DNA from: Lama glama
Lineage: Eukaryota
DNA: 64,000 bases
Direction of reading: 5' to 3'
Assembly: GCA_028534125.1 (NCBI GenBank)
Contig: CM052816.1
Location: 100,566,001 to 100,630,000 of the forward strand
The number at the start of each line of letters is the position of its first letter. Positions within the stretch are counted from its first letter, which is position 1. The translations under genes and the position numbers were made by a program. Shown piece by piece: positions 13,516 to 27,455 of this stretch. Below the pieces are notes generated by a model. It searched no databases. It was not told the DNA's origin and saw only the letters and a program-made list of their open reading frames with translations.

Positions 13516-16500
13516 GCTTGGGCGTGTGGATGGTGAGATCTGATGATGAGATGTACTTGAAGCTCCGTGCTCGCTCTGTTCTCGTCCCAGGTGACAGGTG
13601 GGGACACACTGAGGCACCCGATGGCTGGAAGGCAGGAGGGGCCTGGTGAACCACGGGGGAGGGGGCTGTGGAGCGGCCGGGCTTGGCAGTCAGGGGCCCA
13701 CGTCCTGGGAGGATGCTCCGAGGCAGCATCGGGGAAGAGCCCCAGCGTCTGAGCACCCAGAGGTCTGAACACGACGAGAACAGGATGCAAGGTGGACGAA
13801 GGGCTGAGGGTCCAGGACGTGTTGTAATTGTACCAAACAGCAGGCTTCTCGGTATCGAGGTGCTTAAGAAAAACTCAGAAGGAAAAATAAATCATTTCAA
13901 ATTAGCTGCTCACTCTATTAAATACCCATAGGGTGTCGTCTGCCTTTGGCTTTATCAAAATAAACTGAATTACAAGAAAAAAGAAAACCTGGACCCCATC
14001 TACGGGCGTATGCTGACTCCACGCCACAGTGACTAACGCACTGTGACCTTTCGGCTCGTTGGCAGAGTGGACGTTTTTCACATGTCATTCTTAGCCTCTT
14101 CCTGACTGAAAACTCAAGTTTTATACAAATCACAGGTAGAAAATGATTAGTGTTGATTTTGCCGATCTCTCTATTTCCTCATTATTTCATTTCATTTACT
14201 CCCCTGTTACTCAGCAAGTCATTTATTAAACCTGTTGAGTTTTCTGTTCTACCAGGAAAAAACACAGAGCTATGTGGTTTCTTTCATTAAAGTGTGAAAC
14301 AGTCGTCAAGTCCTGCGTGGATGCCTGACATGTGGCATCACCTGGAGCAAGGTGCCTGAGCTCGGCCCACAGGCAGGAATCGGATTAGTCCCCAAAAGCA
14401 TTTTGTCATCAACTACGGTATCAGTTCACCATGTCTCTCCAGAAGGTTCTGGGAAAGGAGGATGGTAGCGGGGAGTAGGGACCAGGGCAGGTCTCTTCTG
14501 AAAGCACGATTCCAGCTGTGTGTCCCAGGGGTCCCACCACCCCGACCGCGCTCAGGCCTTGTGTGGTCAGAACACACAGCTGCCCAGGAGAGAGCCCAGT
14601 CCAGCCTGCTGGAGCTGCAGGGGGTTTGGTAAGGGCTGTCGGCAGCCCTGGCATCTTCAGGACAAGCGAGGACCAGACTTAGGTCCTAGGACAGCATAGC
14701 TGGGGGCAGTGCTCAGGCACTGGGCAATATTCTTCTAGTGCCAAGTCCCTGAGCCGGATGCAGGGAGCCTATGGCCCTTTCCAGAAGAACCATCATCTCC
14801 TCGCACGCAGTCCTGATGCCAGCATGCGGGCTCCCCTCTAGCTGCACGGAAGTCTAGGAGACAGGGGTCTTCCCTCTACCAAATCCTGGCGTAACAGACT
14901 CATAGAAACGGGGAACGCTGTCAAAATGTCAAAAGATTGTTCAAATGACTTTGGGGCAGCCGCCAAGGACACGTGCCCGGGAAGAGTCTCACTTCTTTCA
15001 TGGTCTGAGTTATTTGGACTAATCGTTATTACCCAGAATTTAACACTCAGAAGGAAGAAAGACACCATCTTTTGAAAGTTCCCGAGATGTATGATGCATG
15101 ATTTAAGCCAGTCACGCGGAGACTGGCTCTTGATCAAACCTCGTCTGTGTGCCGCCGGCCACACAGACGGGCACTGGGGTCCTGCAGGCAAGCACCGTAG
15201 TATTTGAACTCTCCACCCATAAGATTCTTAATTTTTCTCAGAAACAGTCAATGGCCGTTAGTGCACGCGGCCGCTGCAGAGCAGGGCGGGGAAGGTGCAC
15301 GTCCAGGCTGCAGTCATCTTCACCAGACGTAGAGCTCACTGCTATTGCCCTCGGAAACCTGACGTGTAAACGTAATCATGCGAAGTTTCTCAGGGCTTGA
15401 AACACGTTCAGCCCCGACTCACCACCCCATGCTTTCCAAATACACTTTCTTTTCTCCCCTTCAGTACCTTGGTAGAGACCGTGCAGACTCCAAAGCTAGT
15501 CCAAGATACTCAGCTTGGGCAACGGAAATCAACACGAACCGTGGGTGCCCACGAGGCGCTGCGCATCCTGCACATCCCGGCTGCGGGTCACGGCGGGATC
15601 TGAGCCCGCGTCAAGGGACTCCAGCGGGCGCTGGTCCCCGCTGCCCCGGCCCCCGCCCCGGCCCCAGCTCTGCTGTGGTCGGAGCAATGAGCAGCCCGCA
15701 CCACTCAGGGCTGGCCGCCCTGCTGCCCGAGCCCTCGGATCACGGGAGGAGGTGCGAATAATCACCAACACATGATCCAGGACCTCGTGAGTGTCATTTC
15801 TCGCTGGTCATTGTTAGAAAGTGCTCACCTTACCTTTAAAATGTCTGCACTGTTGGATGAAGTACCCACAAAGCAGGCGACACCAGTTAAAAGGGGATAG
15901 TGACGTGGGATTGGGGCAATGAGGCCTTCCCAGTCTTCTCCCCAAACTCGCGTCAACGTAGTTGAGATGTGAGGCGAGTTCTAAAGACAATTGTGAGTGA
16001 GGTTTTTCCTTCTGAGAGTACCTTACCTGAGTGATCTGCGTTTATTCATGGATTTTTTTTTAAATCGCAAGTGTTTCACTTCCCGTTTTTTATTATTCTC
16101 CTAATTCAGAGCCTTCTTTGCTCCTTGAACAAGTTAGTCTCTCACCAACAGGGCTAAAACAAGAAAAAAGGGGCCCCCGGCTCCGATGGGTGAACCTAAG
16201 TACGTAGGTGTACATGTGATTGTGGCTAAATAGGTATTTCTGAACTTATTTCTAAATAAACGCATATAAAACCCTTTCTTTTGGACAACATTTCAAGGCA
16301 GTCTCCTTAGCCCTTCCCTAGCGTGAATAAACTGCAGCCGATTAGATAACTGAAAGAGAAATGCCCCGAAGGGCTGGGTCTGCGCGCTTTCGTGAAACGC
16401 TCACACTTGACAGCCCTCGCTGCCCATCCAGTGATTTGCATTGTAATAGTTACACATTTTTCTCTGTCACTGTGATACAGAGGATTTAATACCACAGTGA

Positions 16501-17688
16501 GCGTGACACATCTGAGACTGTAAAAGAAGAGTTGGAAATAGAGCCATTTCTGAAGGTTTTTATAAACGCCTTATAATTCATTTATCTGAATATTGTCAAT
16601 AGAAAGCCAGAGGCTAATTTGGCAAACTTTCACTTTGCAGCCTGTCTTCTCTGTCATCATTTTTCATCTTAAAGGAAGCCGTGGCTGTTCTTTTGGAGGG
16701 CCGAGAACACCGCTCGCTGCTCACCCTGCTTTCCCGCATCCACAGCCAGCAGGCTGAGCACAGCTGGAGCCCCACAGAAGCGCTCCGACCTGGAGGTGAG
16801 GGGGGGAGCGGCGGGACCCGCCACCTGAGCCCGCGCGCACCTGCGTCCATGAAATGCCTCCTCCTGCCCTCCTGCTCTCTGATTGGCTGAAAGCGACGTC
16901 ATGAAGCCAGCATTCCAGCATCCCGGGCAAGCTCCGGTGCCACGCGGCGTCGGCTGGGGATACACACCTCATTAGTCTTCCGGAATCTACCTGGTCCCCA
17001 GCTGAAGTGAGGCATAGATGAAAAGGCTGCGCACAAAATGAGCAGCTATTAACCCCTCTGTTTAGGAGCCCACCTGCCGGGCGGCGCAAACCTCCAGGTT
17101 ACTCACCAGACAGCGCTTCCACTGATTTGAAGCAGGTCATTCACTCATGTTTGTTGGCCCCCGTGAAAATCAGAGGTGCCAGAGACCTCCTTCCAGGGTT
17201 TTCAGCTGCGGTGTCTCCACCTTATTTAAATGGAGCTTTGCCACCTTGATTCTGTTAATATGAGCTGGGAAGTGTCAGGGCACTAGGATATTCAGTGTAG
17301 AGAATATTTGATTTTCAACTAGGAATTTTCACCGAAATCACTGTTACTTTAGCATCATCATTCAAACAGGGTTTAATTTCTTCCATATATAGTTTGAATT
17401 CCTGTTATCCAATTATGTCAAAGAAACTTACATGGCTGTTTTCCTAACTTTGATCAACATACATTTATCAGCCACCAACTACACACCAGATGCTCTACCG
17501 GATAATCGGACTATGCAAGTGAACACGATAGCAAGCCTAGGAGGTGGCCATCTGACAAAGGAAAGTTCATATCCTGGAACAAGATGGCCTGGGTTCAGCA
17601 TCCATGAGGCACTAATCGTGTGTGAGGCACTGCCACCCAGCCTTATATATATGACCTCTTTTAATACTCACCAAATCCTATATGGCGG

Positions 17689-18065
17689 TGTATCAGTCAG
17701 GATCAGCTAGGTTGTGCTGCTGTGACAAACATCTCCCAATCATCAGAGGTTTGCACAGCTGGTATTTTCTTCCCGCTGATGTAGTGTTTCTTGTGGGTCT
17801 GCAGGGCCTCCCAGGACAGCTCCTTCCATGTCTGGCCCAGCTCCAGGCTGTTTGGTCTTTGGGCATCTTTCTGTTCAGATACTCCTCCACAAAATGGGGA
17901 GAGCAGGGGGAGAGCAGAAAGGAAAATAGAGCACAGGCTATTAAACGCTTCTCCTCAGAAGTGACCCAGGGCACTTTCAGCCACATTTTATAGGCAAAAG
18001 AGGTTACATGATCATGACTCTCTTCCAAGGGTTTGGGGAACTGTGTCCTCCCTCTCCAAGTCTGC
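17689..18065 (-). mobile_element. MLT1 (ERVL-MaLR) solo LTR, MLT1K/L-like, inserted next to a MIR remnant (~17600-17685)
   Basis: Starts 'tgtatcagtcaggatcagctaggttgtgctgctgtgacaaac' and contains 'cagaagtgac...cactttcagccacattt'. Confidence 0.65.
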
Positions 18066-18739
18066 AAGGACAGGAGAACTGGCTCTTGTGCACACGGGCA
18101 GTCATGCAGACCCTGGGGTGAATGACTCGTAATGCAGCTTTATTGAGGAATAAAATGCATTACAGGCAGGTTACATAATCAGTGATGATTGTGCTGAGTG
18201 TGGTCCAGGAAGCCCTTATGTGGACTAGACCCTTTAACCACCACTGCAGTTGCTCCACTAGAGTGTAGCATGGCATCCAGAACACAAGTGGTGAGTAAAC
18301 AAAGGGTGGATCACCGCAGGGAGTGGTGCCTGGAGTTGCCTCAGACTCCAGCCAAGCCTGGGAGTTGGACAGGGTGCCCAGCAAGGCAGCACTGACCATG
18401 GTCCCTGGAGTCAGAGGAGGGAATTGCAGAGATGCAAGAAGGCTGTCTCCTGCATAGGCAGCAAGGATGTGGGATGGAGACTGAACATCAAGTTTTAGCA
18501 TGGCCAAGTCCAAATGAGACCTGGGCCACATGATTTCTCTGCAGAAGGCCTTCATCTGGCCACTGGCCTCTGAAACCCTGTGAGGCAGCCTTGGTGAACT
18601 GAACATGTAGACTCTTCATTCTTCTTCACAGCCATTTACTCCACAGCAAGGTGAGAGGCATGGCTGTGACCCATGCAGGGGTCACTTTTTCAAGCTTGCT
18701 AATATTGTCCCTGAGAGATCAGACAATGTGTATAATTTT

Positions 18740-21700
18740 TTAAATTGAAATATGGTTGACATACAATATTATGTTAATTTCAGGTGTACTACATAGTGAT
18801 TTGATATTTGCATACATTGTGAAATGTTCACTGCAATAAGCCCAGTACAAATGTATTACAATATTATCAACTATATTTCTTATACTGTTTTTTACATCCC
18901 AGTGGCTTGTTTATTCTATAGCTGGAGAGGTGTACCTCTTAATCTCCTTCACCTACTTCACCCCCATCCCACACCCCTCCCCTCTGTCAGCCACCATTTT
19001 GTTGTCTACATGTTTGTTTTTGTTTTGTTTTATAGATTCCACCTGTAAGTGAGCTAATATGTTTGTCTTTCAATATTTGTCTTCGTTTGACTTACGACAC
19101 TTGGCCTAATATCCTCTAGGTCCATTCATTTTCTTACAAATGGCAAGATTTCATTTTTATTATGGCTGATACTCCATTTTCTATGTATACATCACATCTT
19201 CTTTATTCACCTGTGGATGGACACTCAGGTTGCTTCCCTATCTTGGCTATTATGAATAGTGCTTCAGTGAGCATCAGTGCGTAAAAGTTTTTTGAATTGT
19301 GCTTTTTTTTCCAGGTAAATACCCAGGAGGGTGATTTCTGGATTGTATGGCAGTTCTGTTTAGTTTTCTGAGGAATCTTCATCCTGTTTTCCGTAATGGC
19401 TGCACCGATCTGCTTTCCCACCAGCAGTGCAGGAGGGTTCCCGTCTCTCCACATCTTTGCCAACATTTGTTATTTCTCGTCTGTCTGATAAAAGCCGTTT
19501 TGACAGGTGTGAGGTGATATCTCATTGTGGTTCCGATTTGCATTTCCTTGATGGTTAGTGGTGCCGAGCATCCTTCCACGGGCCTGCTGGCCACCTGTAT
19601 GACTTCTTTGAAACAATGTCTGTGCAGGCCCTCTGCCCAGTTTCTACCTGGGCGTTCTTGATGTTGAATTGTGCTAATTCTTTGTGTATTTTGGATATTA
19701 ATCCTGTCTCAGATACATTTTGTGCAAATGTCATCTCCCATTCTGTAGACTGCCTTTTCGTTCAGTCGGTAGTTTCCTTCACTGTGCAAAACCTGTTGGT
19801 TGTAATGCAGCCGCATTTGCTTTTCTGGCTTTTGTTTCCCTTTCCTGAGGAGACAGATGACGAACGATGGTTAAGACTGATGTCAAAGANNNNNNNNNNN
19901 NNNNNNNNNNNNNNNNNNNNNNNNNNNNNNNNNNNNNNNNNNNNNNNNNNNNNNNNNNNNNNNNNNNNNNNNNNNNNNNNNNNNNNNNNACTGTAGCTTT
20001 GTAGCACAGCCTGAAGTCAGGGAGTGTGGTAACTTCAGCTTTGTTCTTCTTTCTCAAGATTGCTTTGGATTTTGAGGAGTCTTATGTTTCCATATACATT
20101 TTAGAATTATTTATACTAGTTCTGTGAAAAACACCATTGGTATTTTGATAGAAATTGTATTGAATCTGTAGATTGCCTTGGTAGTATAAACATTTTTAAC
20201 TATTAATTTTTTCAGTCTCTGAGCGTGGTATGTCTTTCCATTTGTTTGTGTCATCTTCGGTTTCTTCCATCAGTTTCTTATGGTTATCAGAGTACAGGTC
20301 TTTTGCCTCCTTGGTTAAATTCACTTTTAAGTATTATATTCCCTTTGATGTGATTGTAAGTGGGATTGTGTTCTTACCTTTCTTTGCTGATAATTTGTTA
20401 TTAGTGCAAATAAATGAAACAGAATTCTGTATATTAATTTGTATCGTGCAACTTTACTAAACTCATATATTCTAATAGTTTTTTTAATGCTTTTAGGATT
20501 TTTCTGTATATAGTATCATGTCATTAGTAGACAAGGGAAGTTTTATTTATTTTCCAATTTGGATTTTTAAGATTTATTTTTCTTGTCTGATTGATGTGGC
20601 TAGGGCTTCCAATACTATATTGAATATAAGTGACAAGAGTGGGTATCCTTGTCTTATTATTGATTTTAAAGAAAATGCTTTCCACTTTTCACTGTTCAGT
20701 GATGTTGGTTGTAGGTTTGTTATATATGGCATTAATTCTGTTGAGGTATGTTCCCTCTATACCCACTTTGTTTAGAGCTTTTATCATAAATGGCTGTCAA
20801 ATTTTGTCAAAAGCTTTTTCTGCATCTATTAAGATGATCGTATGATTTTTATTCTTCAATTTGTTCATGTAGTGTCTCACATTGACTGATTTGCAGATAT
20901 TGAACCATCTTTGGATCCCTGGGATAAATCACACTTGATCACAGAGTATGATCCTTTCACTGTATTGTTGAATTTGGTTTGCTAATATTTTGTTGTGAAT
21001 TTTTGCACCTATGTTCATCTGTGATACTGGCCTGAAATTTTCTTTCTTTCTTTCTTTTTTGTTTTTGTGGTGATTTTCTCTGATTTTTGTATCAGGATGA
21101 TGATGGATGGCCTGTAGAATGAATTAGGAAGCATTCCTTTCTCTTCAGATTTTTATAGTCTGAGAAAGATAGATCATTTGGTAAAATAAACCTGTGAAGC
21201 CATCTGGTCTTGAACACTTTTGTTTATTGGGAGATTTTTTTGTTTGCTTGTTTGTTTTTCCACTGATTAAATTTTATTATTGGAAATCAGTCTGTTTATA
21301 GTTTCTGTTTCTTTCTGATTCATACTTGGGAGATTATATATTTCCAGGAATGTATTTATTTATTCTGAGTTGTCTATTTTATCAGTGTGCAATTGTTCAT
21401 AGCAGTACTTATGGTCCTTTGTACTTCTGTGATGTTGGTTGTAACAGCTTGTCCTTCATTATTGATTTTATTTTGGTGGACCCTCTTTCTTTTTTTCTTG
21501 ATAAGTCTGGTGAAAGTTTACAATTTTGTTTATTTTTTCAAAGGATCAGCTCATGGTTTTATTGATCATTTTTCAGTCTGTATTTTATGTATTTTCACTT
21601 TAGTCTTTATTATTTCCTTCCTTCTACTAAGTTTGTTTTTTATTTTGTTTTGTTTTGCTTTGTTTTGTTTCTTCTCGTTCCTTTAGGTATAAGGTTAGAT

Positions 21701-22408
21701 TGTTTCTTTGAGAATGTTTTTGTTGGTTTCCTGAGGTGAGCTCGCGTCACTGTAAACTTCCCTCATAGGAGTGCTTTCGCTGCAGCCAGTAGATTTTGTA
21801 TTGCTGTGTTTCCATTTTTATTTGTCCCTAGATACTTTTTGATTTCCTCTGATTTCTTCAGTGACCCAGTGGTTGTTTAGCAGTATACTGTTTAGACCTC
21901 ATGTGTTTGTGCTTACATTTTTTCCCTTTTTAGTTTATTTCTAGTCTCATATTGTTGTGGTTGGAAATGATGCTTGATACAATTTCAGTCTTTTAAAATT
22001 TACTGAGACTTGTTTTGTGGCCCAGCATGTGATCTATCCTGGTTAACGTTCCATGTGCACTTGAAAAAAAATGTGTATTTTGCTGCTATTGAATGAGATG
22101 TTTTATATATATATCTGGTAAGTCCATCTAATCTAATGTGTAATTTGAGGCTAGTGTTTTCTTGTTGATTTTCTCTCTGGATGATCTGTTCCTTGATGTA
22201 AGTGGGGGCATTAAAGTCCCTGACTATCATTGTATCACTGTCAGTTTCTACCTATATGTGTGTTAATATTTGCTTTATGTAGTTTGTTGGGTGCATGTAT
22301 ACAGTTATTACATATTTTTCTTGGATTGATGCTTTTATCATTTTGTAGTGTGTTTCTTTGTCTCTTGTAACAATTTGTTTTAAAAGCTATTTTGTCTGGT
22401 ATAAATAT
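18740..22408 (-). mobile_element. 5'-truncated L1 (3' UTR plus most of ORF2, truncated in the endonuclease domain), decayed; spans the 100-N gap
   Basis: ORF2 peptides ([36 protein letters not shown]); 13-bp TSD tgtgtataatttt at 18727-18739 and 22409-22421. Confidence 0.92.
19890..19989. other. Assembly gap (100 N)
   Basis: Run of 100 n. Confidence 1.
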
Positions 22409-24322
22409 TGTGTATAATTTTAATTATGCAAACTTTTTTTGATTTAGTATACTTTGGTTAGTTCCAATAATTATCTTCAATTTTTTCTTTATCAATTGCA
22501 GGATTAAAAATAATAATGTTTTAAATTGTGACCTAGAATCTGTTAGCAATGTTTCTCAAACCTGAGTAATTCTTAAACCCCCTTCAAAATTCTTGCAGAT
22601 TCCCACACTTCACTTTAATTTGACTTTTGTCAAATGTTTCTTAAATATGTATAAATTAAAAGGAGAGTATAAGTGTCTTATGCTTACATCAGCCACATGA
22701 CTATAAAACTAAAATAGAGTTTAAATTAAATTCGAACAAAATTTCAAATCCAATGTTATTCCAACTGCAGTATAAATTTAATGTGACAGATGAGATTGTT
22801 TTGCTGAAACACAATTGGAGAAGGACAGAAGGTCAGCCTGCCTCATGATCTTGTATTACTTGTCCACAGTGCCTGTAATCGCATATTAGAGAGTAATTCA
22901 ACTAACATTCAAATATCCCAGGAGGGGTGATACGTTAACTCATTTTCATCAATCAATGTCTCTGCTCTGGAATTCTGAGAAAACGCAGGGTTCTCTGGTT
23001 CCACAAATGTTTGATCCTGATTTCAGCATAAGAATGTTTTTAAACTTCACATTTAAAATAATACAAAGCCAATGCATTGCAAGCCAGATGGACCCTCAGG
23101 GGGCCCTGACATGTGACAAGTCGCTATGGTCACCAGGCACTTTTGGAGTACAGCCCTTCCTCCAGTCTGTGCACGCACCCAGACGTGGCTGTGTGATGAG
23201 GAATGCCGCGGCTCTGTGTGCTTGTTTAGGAACAAAGCCTGTGACATCTGCTGGTGTAACAGCACGTGCAATCCCGGCATCCATAATAATGGTGCAAAAA
23301 CAAATTAGCATACAACATATCCCATGGGGTAAAGCATATATTTATTACATTTTGGAAGTTTTAGTAACTTTTATCTGAACTTTAAAAAGCTGAATAACTT
23401 AATTGGACAACTCAGGGTCACAATATTATAATGCTTAGTCCTGAGCATCATGCCAGGGAAGAGATGGAAATTTTAAGAAATAAACAAGCATAACTTGTGG
23501 TTGCTTTGAAACTCTGCATAGATACCCCAGCAAACTCAACGATGAGGTACGTGAGGTGTTAAAGCAAGGATACTAGTTAAGCTGTTCATAAGTACTTTAT
23601 ATGGAAGAATGAAGATTCAGGCTCCCTTCCATCTCACGCTTAGAAAACGCAGGATGTGGTTTGGTGCAATTACATATCCTCAGTGATTTCACTTCAAAAC
23701 AGCAATATCTTTTTCTGCTCAAGTTACTATATTGGTTCAGCTGGAACACTACTTGACTTTGCAATTAGAAAAGTTGACTTTTCGATTAGAAAGTTGCCAC
23801 CAGCTGCAGTTGCTTATTTTTGCAAGCTGGAAGACTTGTGATACTGTATAAGCTGAAGACATTATCACAAAATGAGTGATAAGGCAAATATGAGTACAAT
23901 TAATAACCCTAATTAAAATTTTGTATTCATGAAAACATCTCAATTTTCTGATTGATTGATTTTTGCTTAATGTTAATATGAGACTGAACATAGCCAATTA
24001 ATTTATGTGACTCAAACACTACTTTCCTCTCTTTTTTATATCTTGAGGCCTTAAAGAAAAACTAATTTTAAGAAATAGCCATGCTGCCCCCCAAAAATTA
24101 TCAATGTGTTGAAATAACTTTCCCTTGAAAAATAAGGATAGAAATATTGGAAATAAGGTTCATGTTTTTTAAAAAAGTCATTTGATTATAGAACGGGAAA
24201 GCAGGCATGGAATATTATAAAGGGAGAGAGTGTAAGTCCAGAGCATCAGGAACTCCTTTGGAACAACATGCAGGCACTGGAGCCCTAGGTGGGTGTGAGT
24301 AAGGGGAAAATGATAGCATTTA

Positions 24323-25344
24323 TTTTTTTAATGCCTTATTTTTTTGAAAATATAGTTTTATTGGCATATAGTCAGTTTACAATGTGTCAATTTTTAGTGT
24401 ACAGCACAATGCATCAGTCATACAGGAACATACATATATTCATTTTCATATTCTTTTTCACCGTAAGTTACTACAAAACATTAAATATAGTTCCCCATGC
24501 TTTACAGTATAAACTTGTTGTTTATCTATTCTATATACATCAGTTAGTATCTGCAAATCTCTAACTCCCAGTTTATCCCCTCCCACCCCTCCCCCCAACA
24601 CTGTAACCATGAGTTTGTTTTCTTTGTCTGTGAGTGTATCTCTGTTTTGTAAATAAGTTTGTCCTTTTTTTCAGTTCCACATGTAAGTGATGTCATATGG
24701 TATTTTTCTTTCTCTTTCCGGCTTCCTTTACTTAGAATGACGTTCTCCAGGTCCATCCGTGTTGCTGCAAATGGCATTATTTTATTATTTTTTATAGCTG
24801 AGTAGTATTCCATTGTATTAATATACCACAGCTTTTTATTCAGTCATCTGTTGATGGACATTTAGGTTGTTTCCATGCCTTGGTTATTGTGAGAAAATAT
24901 CTGCAAAAGATGAGACTGACAAGGGCTTAGTTTCCAAAATGTATGAATAGCTCATATAACTTAATAAGCAAAAAACAAACAACCCAATCCAAAAGTGGGC
25001 AGAAGACCTGAACAAGCAATTCTCCAATGAAGACAAACAAATGGCCATAGGCACATGAAAAAATGCTCAACATTGCTAATTATCAGAGAAACGCAAATCA
25101 AAACTACAATGAGATATCAGCTCACACCAGTCAGAATGGCCATCATTCAAATGTCCAAATGATAAATTCTGGAGAGGGTGTGGAGAAAAGGGAGCCCTCC
25201 TACACTGCTGGTGGGAATGTAGTTTGGTGCAGTCATTACACAAAACAGTATGGATATTCCTCAAAAGACTGAAAACAGACTTACCGTACGATCCAGCAGA
25301 CCCACTCCTGGGTATATATCCAGAGTGAGCCTTAATTCGAAAAG
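24323..25344 (-). mobile_element. Young 5'-inverted L1: 3' end on minus strand (24323-24890) plus inverted ORF2 segment on plus strand (24891-25344)
   Basis: Minus-strand ORF2 C-terminus MEYYSAIKNNKIMPFAAT...; plus-strand ORF2 segment; 12-bp TSD tgatagcattta at 24311-24322 and 25345-25356. Confidence 0.92.
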
Positions 25345-25699
25345 TGATAGCATTTAAATCACACCCTACCCATTGTCCTGAGTATGCTGGGGCTCCAGTG
25401 GAGATACTCTCTTGGCCTACCACATATAAACCTAGTTTGATAGTGAACGTTAACATTTTTCTATTGCATTTGTCAATTCAAAATTGATGGAATATGAATT
25501 TACTCATACAGTTCTGTTGTTGAGCACACATTATTGAGAGCATAGAAGACATATATGTCATAACTAAATTGATGTCACTTGACCTAATCAGTGGTGTTTA
25601 ATAGTAGGAAAACTACTGTCAACAGGCAAAACCAGATAATTAGATGATAAAAATGCATTTTAAATATTAATTACTAACCAATGAATTCTCTTAGTGATC

Positions 25700-26560
25700 A
25701 ACAAATATAAATTAAAATTTCTTAATATATTTTTAAAGATATCCATCTCAAACAAATAGCTAAGTCATACTTAGTGTTAAACCAAGAGAAATTTATGTTA
25801 AGAGCCAGAAATACTCTTATAATCAATGGTATCATTTTTCCCCCATTGGTTCAAGCCAATGCAATAAGGAAAGAAAAATACATGATTTACAAATAATGGA
25901 CAGGAGACCACATTGTCAGCATTGGAATAAGATAAAAATGTCTACCAGGAAATTTCAGACACTGAACTGAAACACTGTCAGAATGAGTAAGAGAGGCACT
26001 TGTTAGGGTAGATACACACAACATTTACTTGCTGGCTGTGCATCAGCACACGTGTAAGTTACACAGAGAAAGAGATACACTTTGTGGTGATGTGTGTACG
26101 TCTGCATGGAAAAAACTACAGAGGGATATGTAAACACATAACACAGCTTTACTAAGGCACACAGAAGGAAGCTTCCAGTAAGGGAAAAGATGCAAATAAG
26201 CTTACAGATGGAACTCTCCATGCTATGAATGTCAACTTTTGTAAATTAAGTTATAAATTGTTAGTCCAGCATATTTTTTTTACTAAATTTGCTCAGAATA
26301 TCACTAAATTCTTTTAAAGCTTGTTGAAAGAATAAATACACAGCAAATTGCCACTTTAGGATGCCAAGCAGTGTAGCATCTCACGAAGGCACCACAATTA
26401 AAACGCTGCGAGCAGCCCCACAGGATGGGAAGGGAAGCTGAGGTGCAGGCCCAGCTTGAGCAAAAACTTGGCAGCATCTGTAGTCCTCAGAATGGTGCCA
26501 TTATTCAAAACAACGGCTTTGAGCTATTGCCTAATCATGTTTTAAAAATTACATAACACC
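25700..26560 (+). mobile_element. Ancient, heavily decayed L1 (L1ME-like) ORF2 remnants
   Basis: 'caagccaatgcaataaggaaagaaaaat' and other weak similarities to L1 ORF2. Confidence 0.4.
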
Positions 26561-26752
26561 AAAACTAATTTCTGATGACACACATGTAATCATACATACA
26601 TATTTAAGCAGGTGCAATATATCATACACACTACAAACATGTTACATGTGTGTACATACATGTAGATTACACAGCATATAATTTGTGTGTATGTACACAT
26701 AGAGATAATATACGTGCATATATTTATAAATATGAAGTAAAATACACCAGGG

Positions 26753-27030
26753 GAGTGCTACACAATGGAAATAGAATGTAACTACAGATGCAATTTTAAA
26801 CTTCCCAGTAGCCACATTAAAACAGTATAGGAAACAGGTGAAATTAATTTTAATAACATATTTTACTGCATCCAATATATCAAAATTATGTCATTTCAAA
26901 GAGTACTCAACATAAAAAATACTTCTAAGTGTTTTTACGTTTTCTTTCATACTAAGACATTGCAATCCAGTGTGTACTTGATCCTTAATGCAAACCTCAC
27001 TTTGCACCGGTCACACTAACTGCACTGGGC
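26753..27030. mobile_element. MER33 (hAT-Charlie) non-autonomous DNA transposon
   Basis: 'agtagccacattaaaacagtataggaaacaggtgaaattaattttaataacatatttt...catactaag' closely follows the MER33 consensus as I recall it. Confidence 0.8.
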
Positions 27031-27321
27031 AGCAGAACCCCAGAAATTAAAAACGAGTGCGCACCTGACCCCTGTAATCTCCCGCGAGAAAAGTCCTCCT
27101 CAGCAGACCACCAAGGGCGAAAAACACAAGACAGAAGATGAACATCATGTCCATATTCATTTAAAATCTTCTCCATGTAAACATAACTATTAAAGTAACA
27201 CAAATATGTATACGATCATCTAGCAATTCATCAAAGTAAAACCCAGGAAGTCAGTAAGCAAACAAAGTGGAAAAAAATCCTTTAGAAGCCATGTACCTTC
27301 AAACAATGGACTGTTTAGAAA

Positions 27322-27455
27322 ACCTCTCTCTGATCCTCTGTTGCTTCATTTGCGAAATCAGAACGCGAGCAGCACCCCCACCATATGGCGGTGCTGAGCA
27401 TTAAATAAGGGCGCACACGCAGAGCCTGGGACGCGGCAGACATGCCATAAATCTC
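27322..27455 (+). mobile_element. MIR SINE fragment
   Basis: 'cctctctctgatcctctgttgcttcatttgcgaaat...gagcattaaataag...gcctgggacg' follows the MIR core. Confidence 0.6.

Noticed and set aside
18740..22408. Possible intact or active L1 ORF2
   Set aside because: 5'-truncated with many stops and frameshifts
22956..23997. Short ORFs in moderately AT-rich unique DNA
   Set aside because: No recognisable motif or consistent splice-site pairing
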